35,759 nt of DNA, taken from Folioceros fuciformis. Taxonomy: Eukaryota. The DNA lies in assembly GCA_049999805.1 (NCBI GenBank), contig JBNGIO010006119.1, forward strand, positions 161,211-196,969, given 5' to 3'. Made by a program: the position numbers and the translations under genes. The notes under the pieces are model-generated. The model saw only the letters and a list, made by a program, of their open reading frames with translations. It was not told the origin of the DNA and made no database searches. This document shows, in pieces, positions 25,365 to 34,313 of this stretch. The first letter of the stretch is position 1; each line of letters starts with the position of its first letter.

Positions 25365-26751
25365 CTCTTGGTAGTCCTCACAAACTGTAAGCAAGCTACT
25401 GCATTCGGCAAGCGAGCTAGGCTGAGCTGCTGCTGCTCGACTTTGTTGTGACCGCGTAACGCGAAAATTCAAAATGCTGCCTGGCTGTGCTCATTTCCAG
25501 CGTGCAGTACAAGGCAATGGACACTTGGCCGCCCGCTCGTCAGGACCAAGGCTGGACAATCCATTACAGTGCGGCCTTAACTGGAGATGGCAGGCCGTCA
25601 TGCCGGCCGTATCTTCTTCAGCACACTGGAAGTGAAAACAGTCAGGTTACGACGTCACCATTGTGGGTTGCTGCCGGAGTCTCTCATCGCACACAGCCCT
25701 CGTGTCGTACCAGGTGAACTGTGAGGCATGTAAATATTGCTACATGCACCTTCCGCTTTCCCAATCTCGACCAAGAGCACCTTGGTTCAACTAGAACCGC
25801 TGTAGAGCCAACTTTTCTCGGGGAACGCAGGTTGCATAGTATCCAGCGCCACCCACATCGGGGGTTTAAGGAGAGAGCTAAGCTCATAGCTCTTGTATAC
25901 CCTAGTTGCCTCCTATTAACGAAGAGCGGGAACGATATAACAAATAGACAAATATTAGAGGATGCATAATTACCATAGGTCACTAGTGAATTCTTTCTAA
26001 ACTAACCCAGAACCCCTACTTCACTCAAATATATGCCCTAATATCATTATCGCACAGTTGGGAACCCTAAACCTAGAAGAAGCCGCCAACTGAACAGCCT
26101 ATGGTTAGGGTTGGCCTCCTTCTTTCATGCATTGTAGCCTTTAGAGGCACGAGATGTCCATCTTCATCGTACGTGCATTTGCCAAAGATTGAACAAGAAT
26201 TATAGCAAGTACATCCCAAAGAATTTCTAACATAACAAGCACTTAACCTCTCATTTTTTTCACACTCAGTGGCCGTATTCTCCTATTACAAGCTAACTCG
26301 CATGTGTGCACATACTATATATATATGTGAATATTTTTGGAAATGTGTCGACTACGTAATTATCTCTAAGGGTAACTAGGGATCAAAATATGTTTACAGG
26401 GTGGAAATATATAAGTTTTTAATTTAGTAATTACTTGAAGTTTTTGTTTTTCAATTTTCAAAAATAGTAAACGAGCAACGACGTTTCTTTCTATTTTAGT
26501 AGTTGCTTAAAATGTTTGAGCTTTATTCTCTATAAATTAGGCTTGTCTTAGGCCTATAGTAACTCAAAGTACAACATGCTTTGTTATACATAAGTCTCTT
26601 CAAGCTCTTGGTGTAGAAGTATACAATATTTCTTTCAAGTTTACATGTTGAACAAGGGTTCAACATGAATCTATTCTCCACAGAGAGCTAGTAGGAACTT
26701 GTGATGCGCAAACAACTTATGCTACAAAAATAATTTATGGTGTAAGAGGAG

Positions 26752-28083
26752 TTGGTGACAAAGAAAAATATTACAATACCTCTTAGGGCTAGACCAAAAG
26801 AAAGTGCAATAAAAAAGGTTGAGGACGAAGCAAAGCAAAGTACGAAAGTTGATAATAGTATGAAAGTCATGACTAAGAAACGTGGCTACTCTAAACTCCA
26901 CGATCAATGCACAAGATGTATGCATTCTTGTTGCAAGTTCCTCACATGGGTTTTCATGAAACGGCAAGAAATTTTTGAACAGCCGAATGGCTTAGAGAAG
27001 GATGTGAAGACGTCATGTTTCAAGCAAGAGAAGAAAATCAATAGGGACTCATGTGAAGAAAGCATGCTACTGAGGCTAGACCTTGATCAATTGCCTCCCT
27101 TGGACAATTGGGTATCTCCTAATGCTGCACTAAAAAGACGTGCAATAAACAAGATAAACCATGAAGCGAAGCAACGTACAGAGGTTGATAATAGTGTGCA
27201 TGCCATGACCAAGAAATGTGGCTACTTCAAATGGAAAGATCAATGCTCAAGAGGTATGCATTCTTGTTGCAAGTTCCTCAAACAGTATTTTATGAAGCAC
27301 GAAGAAATTTCCGAACAACCGAATGCCTTAGAGAAGGATGTGAACATGTCATGTTTCAAGCTAGGGAAGAAAATCAATAGCGTCTCAAGTGAAGAAAGCA
27401 TGTTATTGAGGCTAGACCTTGATGGATTGTCTTCATTAGACAATAAGATATCTCCATATTTTGATGCATTGCCTTCACTAGACAATGAGATATCTCCATA
27501 TTTTGATCCATCACGTTCACTAGACCATGAGATATTTCCATATTTTGATGCATTGCCTCTATTAAACAATGAGACAGCTCTAGATTTTGATTCATTGCCT
27601 TCATCAAATAATGGGACACCTCCTACAACAGGAAGTGCAACAAAAATGATAAAGAATGAAACAAAGCAACTTATGGGAGTTGATTATAAAGCCATGATCA
27701 AGCAATGGGGCTTCTTTGGACTTCGAGATCACCACAAGATAAGGCATATGTCGTCTTATTGCTTCCTTGCAATGCTTTTGAAACATAGTGGAATTCTCGA
27801 ACACCCAAGTGCCTTAAATACAAATGTGAAAAAGTCATTATATAAACGTTCCCGAAGACGAAGAAACTGTCAGTTTGATACGCAGAAAGCTAGAGAAAGG
27901 CTAGATGAATTAGAAGAGAACAATATACACGAGTCATCTTCTAAGTTAGGGAAGAAAAACGTAAGGTTCTCAGGTAAAAAAAGCATATTATGGAGACCAA
28001 ATCTTGACCCATTGCCTCCATTAGACGATCGGATACCTCCTAGGGCTAGACCGAAAGGAAGGGCAATAAAAAAGATAGAGTAA
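26752..28083 (+). other. Orphan AT-rich ORF (443 codons; first ATG 26860, 407 aa) made of nested tandem repeats; gene, pseudogene or TE-associated
   Basis: Open frame of 1.3 kb in AT-rich DNA with no recognisable domain and clear internal duplications. TATA-like CTCTATAAAT at ~26528. Confidence 0.5.
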
Positions 28084-28160
28084 GAAACCAGGCAACTTAT
28101 GGGAATTGATTATAAAGCCTTGACCAAGCAATTTGGCTTCTTCAGACTCCAAGAACAATG
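26779..28160 (+). repeat. ~336-bp (112-aa) unit repeated ~3.3 times, degenerating 3'
   Basis: GTTGATAATAGT at 26848 and 27184 (336 bp apart). MHSCCKFL and EESMLLRLDLD occur twice, RARPK..AIKK at both ends, and ETKQLMGVDYKA / ETRQLMGIDYKA in units 3 and 4. Confidence 0.9.
27437..27604 (+). repeat. 42-bp (14-aa) tandem repeat x4, consensus LDNEISPYFDALPS
   Basis: Four consecutive units of the type TAGACAATGAGATATCTCCATATTTTGATGCATTGCCTTCA, with substitutions. Confidence 0.9.
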
Positions 28161-28431
28161 AAGGTATATGTTTCTTTTCTAGCAAGCCAAGGAGGGATTT
28201 GGTTTTCAAAGGCGATTTCGTCCATGGGATTATTGGCTGAAGCATGCTTTGGTGCTCACTTTGGTGGGAGACATACATTTAAGAAATTAGAATTAAATTT
28301 TCTCATCCCCAATGAATCTCAAATTTTTATGAGTTTATTAGAAAGGTGTAGTTAATGCTCTAATTAATTATATTTATATATAAATAAAGTAAACACACTA
28401 AATTAATGCAAGTCATGTAGAGGTCATAATT

Positions 28432-28898
28432 CACTACTCTATGCAATTGTTTGTTGCAAAGTGTGTTACGTGGGGGGGGCATTACAAAAGCAGCCTCTTT
28501 GTAGGTATGAGCCCATAGCTACTCGGTTTGTTACGGGAAGTTGTTATGCTTTGGTGCCCACTACCGTGTGCATTATATAGCAACCACCTTGCTAAGCAAG
28601 GTCATCAACAAAGAAATACGGCTAGTACTATAGGCCACACGTTACATATCGTTACATATCTTTTCATATGTCAGCAACAATGGTAAACAAGTTCCCAGCA
28701 TCTTTTGTCATGTCTGAATATTCGTACATGCATGGAATGTTGTATCCATCGCCTTCGTTGGGCAAGCCTACACTTACGGCTTTTATTCCTTTACCATACC
28801 CTACCTAAGTGTCCCATAACAAAAGCCCGTAAAATATTACACACGCTTCCCACTTTGTTGCAAACTTGCATAACATAACCCATTGGTGTGTAGTAGTG
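28432..28898. mobile_element. Non-autonomous CACTA (En/Spm) DNA transposon, 467 bp
   Basis: Begins CACTACT (28432) and ends AGTAGTG (28898), flanked on both sides by ATT (28429-31 and 28899-901), the 3-bp TSD typical of CACTA. Inverted subterminal motifs TTTGTTACGGGA / TCCCATAACAAA. Confidence 0.8.
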
Positions 28899-29159
28899 AT
28901 TCCACCTTAGAATAGCCCATTTATCTATCAAAGTGACGACATGATAGCAACTGGTGACTCTTTCTAGCCAAATGTGGTAAACCTCTAGACAAAGTTATAA
29001 TGAGGCACGGCTTTCCAAGCATGTGGGCCCCACCATGAGCCATCCACCTTGTTATGCTCCATGCATGCCATGAGGCCACCTGTTCTGCAGACCATTGACG
29101 TGTGCACACGTCAATGCTCTCGCATTGGCCACCACAGATGTTTCGGAGAATTTTTCTCT

Positions 29160-29345
29160 CACTACTACAAAGTGGGGTCATTTATGACGAGCGGCTTATG
29201 ACATTGACTCTCTGCGTGCTCTATCGTCATATGTATAAGATGCGAATTTTAAGGTATGACGATATGTATAAGATGCGAATTTTAAGGTATGACGATTTAA
29301 CATGTTCCGTGATAGTGGAATTATGACAGTTCATCTTATTGTCAT
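29160..29345 (+). mobile_element. CACTA transposon terminus with subterminal repeats (other end unresolved)
   Basis: CACTACTACAAA at 29160, followed by TATGAC at 29183, 29197, 29255, 29288 and 29322 and inverted GTCATA at 29226. A candidate far end TAGTAGTG at 30032-30039 lacks a matching TSD. Confidence 0.65.
29229..29294. repeat. Perfect 33-bp tandem duplication
   Basis: ATATGTATAAGATGCGAATTTTAAGGTATGACG x2. Confidence 0.95.
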
Positions 29346-29740
29346 TTTCATGTGGTTGGCTTTCGTGCGAAACCCATAGGTTACAAGAAAACCCCAGTGG
29401 TTAGCATTTGGTTAAGCAATAAGGCTATTCAGACGGAATGGGTTTCCCCAAACCCATCACGTTTCACGTCTTTTCCATTTGTGTTCCATTCTGCAGGACA
29501 AGAATGGATGTAGCGGACCATCCCATATGTCTTCTTTGACGATAGACGGTGTCATAGCCACTATTTGGCGGTGGCGCCCTCACCCATTGGTAGGAGACAG
29601 GGTAATGTGTCGTGCAAGCTTTTGGAAGGTGAGGATGTTTGGGACCTAACAATGTCATTGTGTGTGGCTGTTGTCCTTGGTATAGGACACATTGAACATG
29701 ATGATCCAACCAAAGGACAGCATGACGCTCTGTGTTACAT

Positions 29741-29808
29741 CCCTGCATTGCAAGGCATTCTTATGTTTTGCATGCCCTGCATTGCAAGGCATTCTTATGT
29801 TTTGCATG
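29741..29808. repeat. Perfect 34-bp tandem duplication
   Basis: CCCTGCATTGCAAGGCATTCTTATGTTTTGCATG x2. Confidence 0.95.
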
Positions 29809-30099
29809 ATGGAGTGTTCAGGAACTGCTCAAGGCAAGGCCTTTTATACTAAAAGTTGTCTTTGGCCTATGGGAGTACCACTCCTTGGATTTTGTTTTTT
29901 TACACATAACTAGTCCTTGGTCCTTGAACTGCGAATGTCAGGCCAAGCTAGAAGAACCTTGGACCTTGGGATGTTTAGAATAAAAATTGTTTATATAAGG
30001 AGGGGGTCCTTCATTTAGTAATAATTGTGCATAGTAGTGGGAATGTGGCCCATTCCACAACGGTGGTTGAAGATGGAATGTATAGGCACACTCTAGGCG

Positions 30100-31150
30100 A
30101 AAATAGCAACCCTAGTTGCGGAGTCTAAACAGATAGTGAGCAAAGGAGCACTAATAGAGATGGAGTGCAACTGGAGGAAGAACACCATCTAGTGTCATGA
30201 TCCTATGTGACTCCTAGGGAAGGAGAAGATTCGGCAACTAGGTGTGACCACTTTAGCAACTGGAGCAACCTGAGGGGTGATGTACGTCACTATGTTAGAG
30301 GAGGAGAGTTTCACACCACTAAGGTCAGTGCTTGCGGAAGGCGTAGCGAAGAACGCTGTGGAGAGCGGCTTGGAGATAGGTCAGAGCGGGTGGAGAAGTA
30401 AAGATGTGCCCTAACTCGCAACGGTAATTCCTACTGCCCAGTGGCCCAATATGAACCATTGGAACATTAGAGCTGGTAGTCTTGTGCAAGAGCTGGGTTT
30501 TGATTTTATGGAGAAAAAGTGGTGCTATGACAGCCAACAATGTTGCAAGAGTGTGCCCAGCACCTAATGGCCAAGTCGCAGGAAGATGACTTGAGGCAAA
30601 GACTCTCTTAGCCAAGCCCATGGTGTACCAAAGAGGATAAAGAGTATCAACCCTATTTTTACAACACCCCCTTGATCTACCTACCCCCTTTGATGCTTAG
30701 AATGAATGAAAAACTCCATTGCTAAAGGTGACATTCCCTACAAGGAAGCACAAATTCGAAATTGAGGCAATTGGTATGAAAAATAAGCATCTTCTTTGCA
30801 ATGTGAACGACATGTGTGCTTGGAATCCTTTCTTTCATTTATCATTGTTGTGCAACCTTTTTTCACCAACAAGTATATCCAAGACATATGGCATCTACAA
30901 GCAATTGTGTTATTTAAGAGCACGGTGAATGAGGCTTGCTTGGAAATGAGGTTCGCTGGAAAGCGAGGCTTGTTGTGACCTGCATGTAGGGGCGAGACAG
31001 GCTCATGACGTTTTTTTAAGCTGTTGCTATGGTGGAAGGTTGGTTTGGTAAGCCAGGCTAGGGTTTGCAAGAATAGTGGACGAATATGCCGCCGAATACC
31101 CATCCATACAAATGAATAATAAAATAATGGATCTCTCTCTCTCCCCCCTG
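30100..31150 (-). mobile_element. Probable LTR-retrotransposon remnant (3' internal region, PPT and start of LTR); boundaries approximate
   Basis: The minus strand reads ATCAAAGGGGGTAG-GTAGATCAAGGGGG-TGTTG (LTR-like TG start at 30666), with a further AGGGGGGAGAGAGAG tract at ~31133-31149. No RT/integrase coding recognised. Confidence 0.4.
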
Positions 31151-31511
31151 GACATGCCACGCAAGCCTCGCTAGTGTGACTTGGCTCACAATCACACCGG
31201 CGGAGGCATCATTGCTTTCGTCGCAGAGACAGCTGCATCACGATTCGATCCTCAGGCGTCCAATAGACCTGCTTTTCTTCACAAGCGCTCACACGGGATG
31301 ACGAAGCGGAAGCTCTCGAGAGAGCAGAAACGACAAAGCACAGGAGCAAAGCGTGAGGCATAACGCTAGGACGGAGTGAAGCAGAAGTAAAGGCCCAAAA
31401 CGGAGTAAAACAAAAAAGGAAAACCGAGAAGGACAGAGCAGAAGTGAACCGCCGAGACGGGTGGGACTAGAACTTGACTTCCAATTCGGAAAACAAGGGT
31501 GATCATGGGGC

Positions 31512-31645
31512 TAGTCCCCTACATTAGGGGGACTCTTTGAGTCGTCCCCTTAGAAGAACAGAGGGTAGATGCCATCTACCCTTAGTTTTTACCTACCCTT
31601 AGTTTTTGATGGAAACCCATGTACCGTAGATGGTTTCCATCAAAA
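31512..31645. repeat. Cluster of three adjacent inverted repeats plus a 15-bp direct repeat
   Basis: AGTCCCCT..AGGGGGACT (imperfect); AGGGTAGATG-c-CATCTACCCT (31562-31582); TTTTGATGGAAACC-14nt-GGTTTCCATCAAAA (31604-31645); CTACCCTTAGTTTTT x2. Confidence 0.85.
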
Positions 31646-32238
31646 CACAGCCACCTACCCATAATTGAGAAGCTCCCCAAGGTCTCTCGTGTCTGTACTA
31701 CGACCCCTGGAACAATTGAGAGACATGGAAGGAGCCTTCGTGGACCACGCACTGTGTTGCCAAGGATCTGGAAGACAGCAGCACAACCCAATTGAAGTGG
31801 GCCAGCTCCCCCAAGCGCGGTCACAAGTGGTTTCCTGTAAAACCAAGGTAACCAGGGCTTGCAAGCAATGTGGACGAGCGTCACACAATCAGTCAGGTCA
31901 AAGACAGGATTTCAGGCTAAGGAATGAAAGAATGTACTTTCCTTCCGAATGAGTTTGATCACCTTTCCTTTACCGGGACCCGGTCCGTACCCAGACAGTG
32001 TGAGGCATCACAGAACCGACGAAGACAGCCCTTCTACGTGCCATTCTGGACTCCAGGCTTGTCATTCTCGTGGTTCGAAGAATTGAATTGGCTAAGAGCT
32101 ACACAACGTGGCGCTTGATGTCACCACAACCTGGCAGCTTACATAACTACACTAGTAAGAGCTTTTCTATGGGAGAGCTGCTAGCAACCATTCGGCATGA
32201 GCGCTTGACCCATAAAGCAAGAGTTAGCACAAAGCCCT

Positions 32239-33550
32239 TCACAGATTGTCGTGGGCACAGCTGTGTGCATGGACTGCGCCATTTTGTTGGGCTGCATCCT
32301 TATCATGGGCCGAGCCATTTTGATGGGCTGCATCCTTATCATGGGCCGAGCCATTTTGATGGGCTGCATCCTTATCATGGGCCGAGCCATTTTGTTGGGC
32401 TGCATCCTTACCATGGGCCGAGCCATTTTCACAAACTGAACCATTCTGGTATACAATAGGGGCTGGGGCTGGAGTGCTTTCGAACCCAAGAATCCTCTGC
32501 AACAGTGCATGACACGAATTTAAGTTGCAGGAGACACCCCGGTCTGATGGCACACCGAAGCAAAGGCAGAAGAAAGAGAAAAAGAAAATGTTGCACACCT
32601 TTAGCGAGCTGTAGGCTTCCTCTATGTTATCGTTAACTAAGNNNNNNNNNNNNNNNNNNNNNNNNNNNNNNNNNNNNNNNNNNNNNNNNNNNNNNNNNNN
32701 NNNNNNNNNNNNNNNNNNNNNNNNNNNNNNNNNNNNNNNNNATGTTATCGTTAACTAAGACATGGTCGAACAAGGAAGGGTTCTTTCCTTGTTCCAGCTC
32801 AGCCTTGGCATTCTTGAGCCTCTTCTGAATCTGTTCCTCTTTCTCGGTCCCTCTGCGACGTGCGACAAACAGAGAGGACGCTAAGTAAGGGCTGCTCCAC
32901 CAACAACAAAAAGGAAAAAAAAAAAGCAAAACACAGCAAGGAACTCACCTCCCCCGCAATCGCCTCTCCAGCTCTTCGAACGAGGGAGGAGCCACAAAGA
33001 TGAACAGAGAGCTGGACCCTACCTGGCTATTCTTCACCTGCTGCGCGCCCTGGACATCGATGTCCAGAAGGCATCTCTGCAGCACCACATACCAGTCCGG
33101 TTGTCACGACGGCACGGGCCGCAGCGGCACATTGTCCCAAACAAGCATCCATCCTACCTTGCCAGCGCGCGCCACAGCGTCAACCGCCGCGATGCTGGTA
33201 CCATACAGGTTGCCATGCACGTCCGCGGACTCGAGAAACCTGGCTTCCCGAATGTCTGCCTCCATCACGCTGCGCGTGGTGAAATGGTAATGCACCGAGT
33301 CCTTCTCCCCCTGCCTGGGCATCCTGGTGGTGTGACTGACGGCAAATCCGAAGCTTTCCGGAAATTCCTTCATCAGCTTGTTGATGAGCGTGCCCTTGCC
33401 CACACCCGAGGGCCCGCAGATCACCACAGACGTGGCGGCCGCCTTCTCCCTCTCCCCTTGCAATGAGCCGGCCACGAGTACTTTCTCCGTATCCGCCTTC
33501 TCCAGGCTTTCCACCACGGGGGCCTGGCAAGCTGGTTCCAGGACAGCCAT
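32239..33550 (-). CDS. Guanylate kinase with repetitive C-terminal tail; exons 33550-33158, 33076-32949, 32852-32599 (spanning false gap), 32496-32239
   Basis: P-loop [58 protein letters not shown] and [17 protein letters not shown]. Introns are GT-AG and phase-consistent. Confidence 0.93.
32275..32430 (-). repeat. 33-bp coding minisatellite, ~4.5 copies ([16 protein letters not shown] 11-aa unit) in the last guanylate kinase exon
   Basis: Plus-strand unit GCCATTTTG(T/A)TGGGCTGCATCCTTATCATGGGCCGA-like, repeated head to tail without spacers. Confidence 0.95.
32642..32741. other. Assembly gap (100 N), apparently false: flanks overlap by 18 bp
   Basis: ATGTTATCGTTAACTAAG at 32624-32641 is repeated at 32742-32759. 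Confidence 0.95.
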
Positions 33551-34313
33551 GGCCACCCAAGCTGCGGGCACACGGCAACACCACAAGCAGCAAGGCGGGG
33601 AAGCGTCGCTCAGTCAATGAATCAGTCAACCTCGCCACCTCCACCTCCACAGGCACTGGGCGGCATCGCAGATGGAAAGCAGGGCACCCACCTGCCGCGG
33701 GTGTGAGGTTTGTGGGCGGAGGGTGGGCGAGGACGCGGAAGAAAGGCGGATCTGTGCGCCTGACGGTTGTCAGCTGGCCAAAACAACCCGAGCGCACTTC
33801 CAATCACGCGATCCCATGTCGATCGTGATGCAACGCGGTCACGCTGTAGAGCAAGCGCAGGGGAAGGCCGCTGTATCCAGGAATTGGGCTTGGCCGGATC
33901 GGATCTGCGGCCCGCCGCAGCACCTGAGTTGAACGTGCAAGACACAAACTCAACTTACTACCACCATTTTATGCTCCCTCCTCTCCTTTCCATTCCCACG
34001 AGCATCACACAAGTGGAAAGACAACATTCCCCACCGGCCGACAACTACCGTTACAATTTGGAATTTTGCAATTCCTTTATTCAATATACATAGGTACATA
34101 TAATTTTCGAATACCGAACAAATACTATTTTCTAAGCCTGTATGTATGACATCTACATAGAAGTAGGTGCTCAATCAATATTGGTCGAATTGTGCCCCCT
34201 TCAAACGAGACCCTTACGAAGACCAACCTAAGTCAATGGCTTGTCTACCTATCCACCTACGGCCCTTTGTTTGTTTGTTTTTTTTTTTTTTTGGGTACAG
34301 TCCGCGGCCTCGC

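Noticed and set aside
25981..25988. CACTAGTG as a CACTA terminus bounding the orphan ORF
   Set aside because: No subterminal repeats or partner end with a matching 3-bp TSD found; it is a simple palindrome.
30985..31523. Solo LTR bounded by TGTAGGGG...CCCCTACA
   Set aside because: The 8-bp inverted termini are present, but the flanks (CTGCA versus TTAGG) give no TSD and no canonical PBS follows.
32275..32430. 33-bp repeats (also 29229-29294 and 27437-27604) as a CRISPR-like array
   Set aside because: Units are head-to-tail with no unique spacers, there are no cas genes, and the context is eukaryotic.
32070..32510. Alternative ORFs across the minisatellite ([22 protein letters not shown] frames)
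   Set aside because: They are open only because the 33-bp unit lacks stops in those frames. Only the NGSAH frame links to the kinase by valid splice sites.
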